This document shows, one piece after another, positions 1-9,588 of a stretch of DNA of 47,574 nucleotides (position 1 is its first letter; every line of letters begins with the position of its first letter). This stretch comes from a virus. The notes beneath the pieces are model-generated. The model was not told the DNA's origin. It worked only from the letters and a program-made list of their open reading frames with translations, and ran no database searches. A program made the position numbers and the translations under genes. The stretch is taken from IMG/VR virus record IMGVR_UViG_3300025319_000035; one strand, 5' to 3'.

Positions 1-2
1 AA

Positions 3-218
3 AAACTGGTTGGCAAGTGGTTAAAGCCGATAGCAATAGTCTTTGTGACAATTGGAACTGTAGAATACGTTAACATGATCATGGAAGGATTTGTGTTTGA
101 CTTTTACTTAAAGTGGGGAAGTTCAGTGAACGGATTCTTGTTCTTGATACTACCTGTAGTTATGATCATTAAGACATCACCAAGAATAAAACGAGAAACG
201 GAGAATAAAAATGCCTAG
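3..218 (+). CDS. Partial (5' truncated) membrane protein
   Basis: Open frame from the window edge (KLVGKWLKPIAIVFVTIG...FLFLILPVVMII) ending at TAG 216-218, with two hydrophobic segments. Confidence 0.55.
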   Translation, partial: KLVGKWLKPIAIVFVTIGTVEYVNMIMEGFVFDFYLKWGSSVNGFLFLILPVVMIIKTSPRIKRETENKNA

Positions 219-326
219 ACTATTCAAATATTCATCACAATGTAAGGATGGGGGATCTTGCGAATGTCATTCACTTGCTGGTGGTGCATGTGATGTATGT
301 GCAGAATTGGGGTGTGAGAGTGACGA

Positions 327-527
327 ATGGTAAAGAAAAAATTAAAGAAAAAATTAAACGAACCACTCAAAATAACATCTTTTGAATTAATAGGATATGA
401 TCAAGCTGGTAACAAAGTTAACCTAAGCGATTGTATTTCAAACGATGCAGATGGTTATCTTAATCAAGATATTGAAGAATTCATTGAAGGTATAAAATTC
501 AAAAGTAATGGGGGGTATAACCTATGA
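327..527 (+). CDS. Hypothetical protein
   Basis: ORF track; 4-nt overlap with next gene. Confidence 0.55.
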   Translation: MVKKKLKKKLNEPLKITSFELIGYDQAGNKVNLSDCISNDADGYLNQDIEEFIEGIKFKSNGGYNL

Positions 528-859
528 AAGCCAAACTAAGAGTTAAAAAATCTGAATATTGCGAGTGCGAAAAAGAAGAATTAAAAGATTATGAATGTCA
601 TTATTGTCATGATGGGCGAGATGTAGATTCAGACTTTCATGATGATTGGAAGATAGTTCACTTAAATGATACTGGTCTTCTTCGTGAAGAAAACTGGATG
701 TTTCAATGTCCAGAATGTGATGTTGAATATTACAATTATTCAAAGGTTGGTGATGGTGGAGCTGGTGGAGAAGAATATAAAATCTTACCAGATGATACAA
801 GAATTGAAAAATATAAACCAAGAAAAGATTACAATGAACCATTGAGGTGTAATTACTAA
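524..859 (+). CDS. Cys-rich putative Zn-ribbon protein
   Basis: CEC, CHYCH and CPEC motifs; coupled on both sides. Confidence 0.65.
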   Translation: MKAKLRVKKSEYCECEKEELKDYECHYCHDGRDVDSDFHDDWKIVHLNDTGLLREENWMFQCPECDVEYYNYSKVGDGGAGGEEYKILPDDTRIEKYKPRKDYNEPLRCNY

Positions 860-959
860 TGAATTTTAGTATTCTAAAAGATAAGAGTGTATTATTGACA
901 ATAAGTTTTGTTGCTGGTTCATTCTTAATACTTTGGATTGATCAAGGAGTCATTAGGAT

Positions 960-1103
960 ATGAAAACATCTTGCAGTTTATGTGGTCAACCATTTGAGAA
1001 ATTAGATCCAGATTTAGAGAAAAGAAAACTAAGACATGAAGGACATCATTCACGTAGAAATCTTTCAAAGAACCAGATTATCGATAAGGTGAAATGGCTT
1101 TGA
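960..1103 (+). CDS. Small Zn-finger-like protein (47 aa, below ORF-track cutoff)
   Basis: MKTSCSLCGQPFEK...RHEGHH; ATGA overlap with a 34-aa upstream ORF (859-963). Confidence 0.5.
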   Translation: MKTSCSLCGQPFEKLDPDLEKRKLRHEGHHSRRNLSKNQIIDKVKWL

Positions 1104-1309
1104 AGAAATTTTATTTTGCTTTTCTTGTACTATTTTGCGTGTTTGGATATGGCTTACACACATTTTCAACTGTAGTATCATCGGTAGATTGTTTGAATAT
1201 ACCTAGTGATAAGGTAGTTCAGAACGGAGAGATTGATCCTCTAATAATAAATCCAATAGACAAAACTATTTCATTACGCGATTTATGTCTAGGAGTTAGA
1301 AATGGATAA
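1094..1309 (+). CDS. Small protein with N-terminal signal/TM segment
   Basis: KKFYFAFLVLFCVFGYGL; SD AAGGTGA upstream. Confidence 0.55.
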   Translation: MALKKFYFAFLVLFCVFGYGLHTFSTVVSSVDCLNIPSDKVVQNGEIDPLIINPIDKTISLRDLCLGVRNG

Positions 1310-1745
1310 AGCCCTGCAATTACATGGTTATATGGGATTTGGAAAAACTAAAAACACCTTTGATAATAAAACAATTAAAACAATAACTGATTATTGCCCT
1401 TTTTGTAACAGTCATGGCATCTTACGAAAAAAACAAACTCATGTAAATGGTTGGAGTTATGCCTGTAAGAAATGCTTTGATTTTTTTGGTAATCCAATAT
1501 TTAGAAAAGTTACAAAAAAACAAATGAGTAAAGCAATTGAACACAATGAATTTCCAGACTTCGGTTTCTTTAATGGATTACATTATGGTTATCCTCTATG
1601 CTGTATCATGTGGTTTATTGGAAATTGTAAGGTAAACGGAATAGGATACAAGATCCCTGAATATGCGTCATGTAAAATTGAAGAAAAAGCAGGTAGAAGA
1701 CTATGCCCAAAATGTATAATCAAGGAGTTACAGAAATGTATTTAA
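1302..1745 (+). CDS. Cys-rich protein (multiple CxxC)
   Basis: CPFC, CKKC, YGYPLCC and CPKC motifs. Confidence 0.65.
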   Translation: MDKALQLHGYMGFGKTKNTFDNKTIKTITDYCPFCNSHGILRKKQTHVNGWSYACKKCFDFFGNPIFRKVTKKQMSKAIEHNEFPDFGFFNGLHYGYPLCCIMWFIGNCKVNGIGYKIPEYASCKIEEKAGRRLCPKCIIKELQKCI

Positions 1746-1921
1746 CAGTTTGTGAAAAATGTAATTCAGTACATATAATTGAAATACTATCAAAAATTTA
1801 TTCAGATCCACAATGGATTTGTTTAACATGTAAGCACTTAGGAGAAGCAATTACAATTTATCGAAAGGGTTCTATTAAGAATTTTATTAAAAAAATAACA
1901 AAGGTGAAATCAATTGGATAA
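1736..1921 (+). CDS. Zn-ribbon protein
   Basis: CEKC...CLTC; ATG 1736 preferred over 1703 because AAGGAG precedes it. Confidence 0.6.
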   Translation: MYLTVCEKCNSVHIIEILSKIYSDPQWICLTCKHLGEAITIYRKGSIKNFIKKITKVKSIG

Positions 1922-2102
1922 AGCCCACGCATTATCACTAATCAAAACACCTGAAATTATTCCAGGAGATAAACCTCGTCAGTATAAAATTGAGATTATG
2001 ATTGATGGAATAATTTATTCATCACAAATGTATGACTTGGGCTTTATTGATCAACAGCTTCAAGTTCTAGTAAAGATTTTGGAGGCAATTAAACATGAAT
2101 GA
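1914..2102 (+). CDS. Hypothetical protein
   Basis: TTG start after AAGGTGA; coupled. Confidence 0.55.
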   Translation: MDKAHALSLIKTPEIIPGDKPRQYKIEIMIDGIIYSSQMYDLGFIDQQLQVLVKILEAIKHE

Positions 2103-2655
2103 AGATAAAATAACACCAAAAAACGAAAATATATCTTGTTTTAAATGTAGGAATTTTCAATTAGGTCTAACTATCTTTGGATTATTTGTAATCATAACTA
2201 CAATAATTGTACTTTTTCCGATTACATTTCCAGAAATCAAAGTCAACGAAGATTTTCAATTATATGCAGTAATGTATGGACTGGCAATTGGGTTATTGGC
2301 ACTTCTGGTTTTAGCTTCTCTATTACATTTTAAGTGGTACTGTGATGAAAAAGATCCAAAGGAAAGATCAAGTAGCAACTTAGTAGGAGGATTCTTACTT
2401 GGGTTTTTCGGCTTTGTTATTTTATTATCCATAGCATTTTACCTACCAGCTTCAATCGAGGAATACCCGATTAAACTAGCAGATGAAAGTTTACGTGGAC
2501 AAATGATATTGGCTTTATCATGCAGAACTTTTGAGATGTCCTTTGCTGAAAGAAGCGAAATTGGTTCAGCAAGTTATGCAATTTATCTTGGAGGCGATTG
2601 GGAATATTTCAATAGCACAGCGTATGATGCAAAGCATGAGGAGTGTAAGAAATGA
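2095..2655 (+). CDS. Membrane protein (3 TM) with C-terminal Cys-pair module
   Basis: Three hydrophobic helices followed by LSC...AYDAKHEEC. Confidence 0.65.
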   Translation: MNEDKITPKNENISCFKCRNFQLGLTIFGLFVIITTIIVLFPITFPEIKVNEDFQLYAVMYGLAIGLLALLVLASLLHFKWYCDEKDPKERSSSNLVGGFLLGFFGFVILLSIAFYLPASIEEYPIKLADESLRGQMILALSCRTFEMSFAERSEIGSASYAIYLGGDWEYFNSTAYDAKHEECKK

Positions 2656-3134
2656 ATATTTATTTCCAGAATCTAAAGAAGAATTATTTTTACACACTAA
2701 TGGTGGGCATGATAATTTCACTCCCATTGTTTATGTTTTTTGATAATCTAACAGACGAAACAATCTGTACCGAACCAGACTATAGCGGAGATGTAAATGA
2801 GTGTTTAAGAATTACTGCAAACGCAAATGAGATTGGTTGGGTTTTATTCACTTTCCCTATTGGAATGGCATTGATGTCAGGAATGTTTCATTATTTCCCT
2901 GTGATAAAACCAACAGAAGAACAAAAAGGTGGAGTATCTTTCGGCTTTATACTGGCATTTATTTTTTCAGCAATTTCCGTATTATTCATTACGGTAGCAG
3001 GCGGTGTAATAAATGACGATCAGCAAGATGTTTACTTTAAAGTAGCTGTAATAATTCCAATTGCAATATTCAATTTAGGTTATAGAAACATTAACGGACG
3101 TTGGTTTTGGCAGGAGGAAAAGAAAGAGAATTGA
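2652..3134 (+). CDS. Membrane protein (4 TM)
   Basis: Four hydrophobic segments; ATGA coupling. Confidence 0.65.
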   Translation: MNIYFQNLKKNYFYTLMVGMIISLPLFMFFDNLTDETICTEPDYSGDVNECLRITANANEIGWVLFTFPIGMALMSGMFHYFPVIKPTEEQKGGVSFGFILAFIFSAISVLFITVAGGVINDDQQDVYFKVAVIIPIAIFNLGYRNINGRWFWQEEKKEN

Positions 3135-3148
3135 TAAAGTTGTCCGTT

Positions 3149-3240
3149 CAAATGAACAAACAAAAGCACTTAAACTTAGTACACGTAAGACTTTCAATGA
3201 GTACACAAAATCAAAAGACCGTTAAACTCGGAGGAAGAAA
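3149..3240 (+). repeat. Conserved ~92-bp element, copy 1 (promoter-like)
   Basis: CAAATGAACAAACAAAAGCAC is identical to 10418-10438; similarity continues to AAAGACCG...TCGGAGGAAGAAA. Confidence 0.75.
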
Positions 3241-3310
3241 CGAAAAAGAAGATGCAAGTATACAGATGTTATGGAAGATTTCTGACTACTTGATGTCGAG
3301 GAGATTCTAA
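3197..3310 (+). CDS. Small hypothetical protein (probably leaderless)
   Basis: ATG ~28 nt after a TTAAA box in the repeat; ends 1 nt before the next gene. Confidence 0.4.
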   Translation: MSTQNQKTVKLGGRNEKEDASIQMLWKISDYLMSRRF

Positions 3311-3311
3311 A

Positions 3312-3950
3312 ATGGCTACGCAAGAAGTTAAAAAGAAAAGATGGAGCTATGACTTTTTCATTGTTGCTGGTGTAATGACCGCAATACTTTTGCCTGTAAG
3401 ATTGATATTTGTTACATACGTGTCTAATGACACATGGGGTTCACTAGGTGTGATCTCTCTCATTTCAGTCATCATGGTGGTCTTAGTCAAGAAAAAAAGA
3501 CTTGGTTCATTTGGTAGGTTGTTTGAAAAAGAAATGATTCGTCTTACAAGGGGTAAGAAACGATTGTTTGTCACTACCATGATGACAGTTATGGTTATGT
3601 ACTTTTCATTCTCGCTGTTCTTAATAGATCAGGCAAATACAATTTACTTTGATGAAAAAGAAAGAGTGAAGATTCAGGTATTGTCACATTATGGCAATCT
3701 AAACCTACAAGATCCTGAAGACGTACTCTCAGTTTTAGAACCAGAAAAAGTAATTGCAGGAGTACCTGAATATGCAGACTCGGCACTGAACGACATTAAG
3801 GCTATGATCATTACTCAGGGAATAGTGAATGATCTTTCCAATGGTTACATCTTACACTTTCATAGCGTATTCTTGGTTGAAGGCTTAGAAATACTAGGAG
3901 TATACATTTTCTATGCAGTTAGCTTAAGAAAGAGAGAGGTGAACGTATGA
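3312..3950 (+). CDS. Multi-pass membrane protein, paralog of 33556-34167
   Basis: Shares LLPxRLxFVTY...GSLGVIS...KKxxLGxFGR and GYxLHFxxVFxVExLExLG with the 33556 ORF. Confidence 0.8.
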   Translation: MATQEVKKKRWSYDFFIVAGVMTAILLPVRLIFVTYVSNDTWGSLGVISLISVIMVVLVKKKRLGSFGRLFEKEMIRLTRGKKRLFVTTMMTVMVMYFSFSLFLIDQANTIYFDEKERVKIQVLSHYGNLNLQDPEDVLSVLEPEKVIAGVPEYADSALNDIKAMIITQGIVNDLSNGYILHFHSVFLVEGLEILGVYIFYAVSLRKREVNV

Positions 3951-4234
3951 TTTTTAATGAAGCAATTTTGCTTTATGCGTTTGCCTTGGCAGTTCTTATA
4001 GCTGGACTAGTCGCCACTTTCTTTATTGTAAAGAAAATACAATCTAAGAAAGTAAAATTAGTTCAGTGTGGCGTAGTAAACTGTTACATCTGTGGAAAAT
4101 TAGTTGATGTAACTGATCCACGTACACGAAGCGGACTTGATGGAATAGGCCATGAAGCTTGTGTATTACGTGAAATAAAACAGATAGTGCCAAACGAACT
4201 CAGAAAAAGAGGAGAAGATACACTTGAATCTTAG
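3947..4234 (+). CDS. Membrane-anchored Zn-finger protein
   Basis: N-terminal TM, then CYICG...HEAC. Confidence 0.65.
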   Translation: MIFNEAILLYAFALAVLIAGLVATFFIVKKIQSKKVKLVQCGVVNCYICGKLVDVTDPRTRSGLDGIGHEACVLREIKQIVPNELRKRGEDTLES

Positions 4235-4418
4235 TGAGGCGTTTCATCTCTATTCAATCGCAATCGTACTGCTTTGTATCGGTACGATTGCTTCCTTTTT
4301 TATAATTAAAGCAATAATTCTGAAGACTGGTAAGGGTACATCATTGTTACGACCAAGCAAATTCAACAACTTCTTTGATAAAATACTTTCAATAAAAATA
4401 CGTGGCGATAAAAAATGA
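4224..4418 (+). CDS. Single-TM protein, N-terminus paralogous to 3947 ORF
   Basis: EAFHLYSIAIVLL..TIASFFIIK versus EAILLYAFALAVL..LVATFFIVK. Confidence 0.6.
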   Translation: MNLSEAFHLYSIAIVLLCIGTIASFFIIKAIILKTGKGTSLLRPSKFNNFFDKILSIKIRGDKK

Positions 4419-4573
4419 GTAGAGCATTATGTCCTAAATGTGGTTTTCCACCAACTCGCCATAACTCCCAAGAAGAATTAATCGAACATCTTGTAGAATG
4501 TCAGATGTTTATCAGTTACACAAAACATTTAACAGAAACTAGAAAAGTTCGTAAAGGAAGTAGAAGAAAATGA
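4415..4573 (+). CDS. Small C2HC-type Zn-finger protein (52 aa)
   Basis: CPKCG...ELIEHLVEC; ATGA coupling at both ends. Confidence 0.55.
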   Translation: MSRALCPKCGFPPTRHNSQEELIEHLVECQMFISYTKHLTETRKVRKGSRRK

Positions 4574-4899
4574 ATAAGAAAATTTGTTCCCAATGTGAAG
4601 AAACATTTGATATAGACGAGGCAAACTATCGGGATTATTTCTCGTCACCGCTTTGCAACAAGTGTTATGATAAAGGTTTGAAGCCTAGTGGTTGGCCTGA
4701 GCATTGGGAATGGACGCACTCATGGCCTAGAAAATATGACAAGAATAATTTCTGCATGTTCTGTGAGGAAAATGTTCCAGATGGACTTTATTATTGTGAT
4801 AACTGTAGACGTGAAATAGGTGAAACCTCAGTCTATACTATAATCGGAGATACAATAAGTGAGGATGACGTAAATCAATTAAAGGGGTTATGTTGTTGA
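4570..4899 (+). CDS. Multi-CxxC Zn-binding protein
   Basis: CSQC, CNKC, CMFC and CDNC. Confidence 0.65.
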   Translation: MNKKICSQCEETFDIDEANYRDYFSSPLCNKCYDKGLKPSGWPEHWEWTHSWPRKYDKNNFCMFCEENVPDGLYYCDNCRREIGETSVYTIIGDTISEDDVNQLKGLCC

Positions 4900-5084
4900 A
4901 TAAATCTACAATCTTGCATTTTATATTGATGTGTATATGGATACCAGCATTTCTATTCATTAGTTTAGAAAAGTTAATTGATCCAATAATACTCTTAATT
5001 TCTTATCCAATTGTGGTTATCCCACTATATTACTTTTACAAAAAGTTTGAGAAGCAAGAAAAAGAACGGAGTAAGTTAATCTAA
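4890..5084 (+). CDS. Small 2-TM protein
   Basis: Two hydrophobic segments and a basic tail. Confidence 0.55.
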   Translation: MLLNKSTILHFILMCIWIPAFLFISLEKLIDPIILLISYPIVVIPLYYFYKKFEKQEKERSKLI

Positions 5085-5085
5085 G

Positions 5086-5298
5086 ATGTATCTATCACCA
5101 AGACCAGAGAAGCCTAAACGAAAATGGACTAAGGCAAGGTTTGAAGCAAGAAAACAACAGTTGGGAATAAGTAATTACAAGTGTTGTATATGCAACAAGC
5201 CAATTCCTGAAAGTGAGATACCATTGGAAGCAAAGAAAAAGATTGGGCTACAACTGTACTGGCATAACGCATGTGCAAAAAAGGAGGAACAAAATTGA
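5086..5298 (+). CDS. Basic Zn-finger protein
   Basis: CCICNKPI...WHNAC. Confidence 0.6.
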   Translation: MYLSPRPEKPKRKWTKARFEARKQQLGISNYKCCICNKPIPESEIPLEAKKKIGLQLYWHNACAKKEEQN

Positions 5299-5759
5299 CT
5301 GAAATAGATTTAATTTCACAGCAGATACTTACACATGAAAAAGAGATTGAGAATAATATACAAGTTTGGCTACCAGCACTTCTTACATTTGGTGCTAGTG
5401 TAATAATCGCTTTGTATGTAGCATTAAGTACCCACGTTCATCGAAAACTAGCTGGATCTTTATCCATGAGTGTTGCTGGAATAGCTCTAATAATATTTAC
5501 CATTAGTACAATTGATACAAACGAAATTCGTAATGAAATTACTGATTTAGAAGAACAGAGAATTGATTTGCTAAAACTGGATATTCAAGCCATGTCATGT
5601 GAAGATATACGACTAAATATTATAAAAATAATGGAAAACAAAACTACACCAGATTACAAATTACAGGTATTTGATTATGAAAAGGATTACTATTATCATA
5701 AGTGTGAGATACCATTACGTGAAGAAGTGATCAAATTACAGAAGGATGGATTACAATGA
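5295..5759 (+). CDS. 2-TM protein with coiled coil and Cys-pair module
   Basis: TTG start after AAGGAGG; AMSCEDIR...YYYHKC. Confidence 0.65.
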   Translation: MTEIDLISQQILTHEKEIENNIQVWLPALLTFGASVIIALYVALSTHVHRKLAGSLSMSVAGIALIIFTISTIDTNEIRNEITDLEEQRIDLLKLDIQAMSCEDIRLNIIKIMENKTTPDYKLQVFDYEKDYYYHKCEIPLREEVIKLQKDGLQ

Positions 5760-6316
5760 TGACACAGGAAACAAAAAAGAAATCCCACTTTAGGCGTAAT
5801 CTATTCTTATTATTCATCGCTGTATTCTCGGCATTATTCCAAGCAGGATCAATGCAAACAGTAACCCAGCAAGAAGCAGATGAATTTATCAAAGTTGTTG
5901 GCGAGCAGATAAAGGGAATTGATGCCATTGGAATATTTTCACATAACGCTTTGTTCGCTTTGATAATGATGATTCCAGGAGGATTCATTTTTGGTGGAAT
6001 AATTGCATTTCAAACAGGATGGGCTGTTTCGGCTGCGACAGTAATTAGTCCAGAGTTGGCCCAGATGCCAGCTCTTTCACTTTTATTTATTTCCCCATTT
6101 GGATTAATGGAGATAACTGCATATGCAATTGCCATGTCAAGGAGTGTCATTTTAGTACAAACACTAGTTAATAGAACGATTAGGACTCAGTTAAAATCAA
6201 CCTTGAAAGAAATTGGTATAGTAATAGGATTGCTGTTAGCAGGAGGATTCTTGGAATATGCCATGATACAATGGGCAATTGAAAATGGTTACAACTTGGT
6301 GGAGATGATGTCATAA
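5756..6316 (+). CDS. SpoIIM-like (stage II sporulation protein M family) membrane protein
   Basis: IFSHN, PFGLMEITAY and LLLAGGFLEY motifs typical of the SpoIIM-like family; about 5 TM. Confidence 0.65.
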   Translation: MMTQETKKKSHFRRNLFLLFIAVFSALFQAGSMQTVTQQEADEFIKVVGEQIKGIDAIGIFSHNALFALIMMIPGGFIFGGIIAFQTGWAVSAATVISPELAQMPALSLLFISPFGLMEITAYAIAMSRSVILVQTLVNRTIRTQLKSTLKEIGIVIGLLLAGGFLEYAMIQWAIENGYNLVEMMS

Positions 6317-6630
6317 TGATGAGATTAAAAGAAAAACAAAGACTAGATCGTGCAGTAAAAGTAATGAAGACACTAAACAAAATGCAGAAGCAGACAAAAG
6401 AATTAAGAAAAAACCTAGACAAAAAAAGTGAAGTAATCGAAGAATACAATATCAAAGAACTTGAAACAAAGATTTTCGAGTGTTCACTAATGCCTGTAGA
6501 TGTAATTGGCGATACAGTCTATCTTGATTTTCTAAAGAAGAATAAGATAAAACCAATGGCTGAACCAAATCAATTTGGTTGGTATCACATACAAAAACCA
6601 AAACCAGTACCAAGAAAGGAGATGAAATGA
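6316..6630 (+). CDS. Hypothetical basic protein
   Basis: TAATG coupling; N-terminal coiled coil. Confidence 0.55.
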   Translation: MMRLKEKQRLDRAVKVMKTLNKMQKQTKELRKNLDKKSEVIEEYNIKELETKIFECSLMPVDVIGDTVYLDFLKKNKIKPMAEPNQFGWYHIQKPKPVPRKEMK

Positions 6631-6839
6631 TTAGAACATTTTTGGCTAAAGAGTGGGATGAAGGGGAGATAGGTGAAGGAGGAATATTTTATCGAGATGT
6701 AAATCTAAACGCATTTTTGGAATTAGTGGAAAGAACCAAAGGTAAAGTATTGGGAATTAAAATCGAAGATAATAACTTGGAGGTTTTTTTCAAACCAAAT
6801 ATTCTAAATGTTAAGGCAGGACGTGGAGGAAAAGTATAA
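6627..6839 (+). CDS. Hypothetical protein
   Basis: ATG 6627 after AAGGAGA; ATGA overlap. Confidence 0.55.
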   Translation: MIRTFLAKEWDEGEIGEGGIFYRDVNLNAFLELVERTKGKVLGIKIEDNNLEVFFKPNILNVKAGRGGKV

Positions 6840-7030
6840 TGGAAGATTATCACAGTAGAAAATCATTAAGAGAAAAGATCGCACATCCATTATATCATGT
6901 ACCAGAATTGCCAAAGCCTTTAGAAAAATTCTTGGCTCTTAAATTAATTCCATTCATTGAAGGCGAGAACCCACACTGGAAACACTTGGGTTCAAAGTGT
7001 CCATGTATGACGGAGAATAACCATGACTAA
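6839..7030 (+). CDS. Hypothetical protein
   Basis: TAATG coupling. Confidence 0.5.
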   Translation: MEDYHSRKSLREKIAHPLYHVPELPKPLEKFLALKLIPFIEGENPHWKHLGSKCPCMTENNHD

Positions 7031-7156
7031 AAAAAGATCATTAGCAATCTCTGGATCTGTACTAACAATACTTACAGGACTAGCATTTTTTACAATGCCA
7101 CAACCATTCAATTTTATTATCATGCTAGCATTGAGTGGGCCAAATAGCGTTTCAAT

Positions 7157-7387
7157 GTGGGGATTATTCAGATGACATTAAAAGGTCTAGAAGATATTGG
7201 AAGAATTCTAAACATAATGAGAGGTTTAGAATGTACCAAGATTGAAATCTTAAAAGATGAAAGTGAAACAGGAAAAGATGAAATGGAAAACTTTGTTGTA
7301 AGTGTAAGGTTTACTATGAACGATGAGGTTATTGTCTTTAAAGCCTCAGCACAAGAGTCAAAACTAATCAAGGAGAATAACTCATGA
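7157..7387 (+). CDS. Hypothetical protein
   Basis: ORF track; ATGA overlap with next gene. Confidence 0.5.
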   Translation: MGIIQMTLKGLEDIGRILNIMRGLECTKIEILKDESETGKDEMENFVVSVRFTMNDEVIVFKASAQESKLIKENNS

Positions 7388-7794
7388 CCGAAATAGTTAA
7401 GGACGAAAAGCAGTTTTCAGTTGAGGTTGTCAACAGACTAGTTACACAAAAGATGATTACATTCAACGATGAGGAAAAGAAGTACGTTATCACTAAGGAG
7501 GGTAAAAAGTTTAGAAAGTATATGCTGGAAAATTCAGGCATAGACATTGATGAAAAACTGGAATGGATCAACAAAAAGATGCAGGGTTATATTATAAATT
7601 TCATGGACGCAGAAAAGATAACTAGATTAATTAATGAAGGATTTTTCACAGAAAAACAGATTGCCCAGATAAAGTATTGCAAGGATAAAGGTCAATCAAT
7701 TAACTTAGGTTTAACAAAAATCCAGGCTGAGATACTTTTAGGTAAGCCAGTTTCAAAAGAAGAATTAGTAAACGACAACAGGGAGGGCTTTTAA
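7384..7794 (+). CDS. Putative winged-helix DNA-binding protein
   Basis: VVNRLVTQKMITFNDEEKKYVITKEGKKF matches the wHTH wing pattern (L.x.G.I...Y.IT..G). Confidence 0.5.
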   Translation: MTEIVKDEKQFSVEVVNRLVTQKMITFNDEEKKYVITKEGKKFRKYMLENSGIDIDEKLEWINKKMQGYIINFMDAEKITRLINEGFFTEKQIAQIKYCKDKGQSINLGLTKIQAEILLGKPVSKEELVNDNREGF

Positions 7795-8229
7795 TTGGAC
7801 GCAGGATGGGAAGCGTTGATAATTTTCACATCATTAATTACAATAATTATAATACTTTCATCAATCAGTTATAGTCAAAGTTATGACAAAGCTGAATTAT
7901 TAACCTGTGACGAACTAGCATTTGAGATTGCAGAAAATAATGACTATCGCGGAGGAACAGCATGGGATGTTTATCATAAGAAATGTCTTCCAGAAGAATT
8001 GAAGAAGGCTTCTCTCCTAGAAATTTCTGAATACTTTACAAAATTGGATTGTAATTCTCTTGCAGTTCATATTGTAAAACAACACTTTGAAAAAGAACAG
8101 GCAGAATTAATATACAAATTCAAGTGTGGAGATCCAGCAAACATCAACTTCACTTCGATAGTAATTGATTATGACAAATCTCCAAAGATAGAATACATCC
8201 CAAAAAATCCAAACCGAGGTAGAGGATAA
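7795..8229 (+). CDS. Membrane-anchored protein with two Cys-pair modules
   Basis: N-terminal TM; LTCDELA...YHKKC and LDCNSLA...YKFKC. Confidence 0.65.
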   Translation: MDAGWEALIIFTSLITIIIILSSISYSQSYDKAELLTCDELAFEIAENNDYRGGTAWDVYHKKCLPEELKKASLLEISEYFTKLDCNSLAVHIVKQHFEKEQAELIYKFKCGDPANINFTSIVIDYDKSPKIEYIPKNPNRGRG

Positions 8230-8359
8230 TGGAACGAGAAGAACTAAAAAATCATTACAATAAAATTTATCCACATAGCGAATTATTGATTGAGATTTTG
8301 ATAACGCTAATGGAAATTAAGGAAATATTACAATTCGATTCCTTGCAGAAGGAGATAAG

Positions 8360-8653
8360 ATGAGTAACGATCACAATGATTACATCTTCAAGAAGGAGAA
8401 AAAAACAATAAAGTTATTTGAAGAACAGATGATTCAAGGAAAGATTTTTACCGAAACATTTGAAAATGTAGACAAGTTAAACGAATCATTTTCAGACTTT
8501 TTTGATAAATTAAGCTCAGACTTTGAAAAGCCTGTGACCGTTATACCCAATACCAAGTCTAGCGAGGATGCCAAGGCCACCCCAGATAAACCTACAAAAA
8601 AGAGTAAAGTACCATCCAACAAAATTGACGAGGAGTTGTCTGATGAATTCTGA
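8360..8653 (+). CDS. Hypothetical charged protein
   Basis: ATG after AAGGAG. Confidence 0.55.
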   Translation: MSNDHNDYIFKKEKKTIKLFEEQMIQGKIFTETFENVDKLNESFSDFFDKLSSDFEKPVTVIPNTKSSEDAKATPDKPTKKSKVPSNKIDEELSDEF

Positions 8654-9419
8654 TAGCCTAGCTCTTTGGTGCATTGGTTTAGCCATAGTTATTTTCTTCT
8701 TAGGTATTTTATTAGTTGGACAATTTAAACCCGAAGCTAGTGATAAGCCAAACATAGAGATTCCAATTCAAGAAAATGCAACATTAACCAACGAAGAAAA
8801 GTTTGCCATAACTAGTGTAGGTCAGGATTCATCCTATCGTTACTTGTGGTTAAAGGACGGTACACATATTCAGACAGAATGTCCAAGTGATCTTTATCCT
8901 TTTAGCAGTAATTCAACCCATTACAAGTGTGGAGATGATGATTGGATTAGAGTAATCCCAGAGAATTTTACAGGTACAAAACTTGGACTTTCAAGAGAAC
9001 CTGATACAGAGATGACACCAGAAAAACTCGAAGCATTACGGTTAGCCTGGGATGAAAGTGATGTAAGGAGAATGGAAATTAGCAGAGTAAAACCTGACAA
9101 TTATGAGCCGATGATCATACAAGAATTTGAATCGGGTAGGCTATCCCACGTTACAACATGTGAGAATTTACACAGTTACTATCTGTTGTACTATGGACAG
9201 GTATATGCAAAACAATATGATTACTCTAAAAATAAAATGATAACTGATTATCTTAAGGAACGAATGAAATCAATCAACTGCGAGTTTAAGGAACTACCAG
9301 AGTTAAAAGAGAAGATTGATTTGGAAAAAGAACGAGTTGAAAATGCCACGCAAAAGGTCATGGAGGAACTCAAAGAAGTAAACGCAACAAGTGTGGAGGA
9401 TGTTAACGTCTATGATTAA
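8643..9419 (+). CDS. Membrane-anchored extracellular protein
   Basis: Likely start MNSDSLALW (8643); single TM, Cys pairs, NAT/NST/NFT sequons. Confidence 0.65.
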   Translation: MNSDSLALWCIGLAIVIFFLGILLVGQFKPEASDKPNIEIPIQENATLTNEEKFAITSVGQDSSYRYLWLKDGTHIQTECPSDLYPFSSNSTHYKCGDDDWIRVIPENFTGTKLGLSREPDTEMTPEKLEALRLAWDESDVRRMEISRVKPDNYEPMIIQEFESGRLSHVTTCENLHSYYLLYYGQVYAKQYDYSKNKMITDYLKERMKSINCEFKELPELKEKIDLEKERVENATQKVMEELKEVNATSVEDVNVYD

Positions 9420-9588
9420 AGAGAGTAAATCATGGGATGATCTAACAAGAATTGTTGCATATGTATGTGGAAATTACGAAGGTGGAAACCTCTATAATTA
9501 TTATCTCAGTGGAAGAAAAGACGATACGCTTGTAATTACTCATAAAGACTTAAAGAAATTTCTCCAAAAGAGGTTTAAGCGAAAGTGA
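9412..9588 (+). CDS. Hypothetical protein
   Basis: ATG 9412 after GGAGG; GTGA overlap with next gene. Confidence 0.5.
   Translation: MIKESKSWDDLTRIVAYVCGNYEGGNLYNYYLSGRKDDTLVITHKDLKKFLQKRFKRK

Noticed and set aside
211-333. Cys-rich frame (GWGSCECH...CDVC..C) preceded by ATG-TAA at 240-245
   Set aside because: Could be a decayed or frameshifted Zn-finger gene, but it is too short to call confidently.
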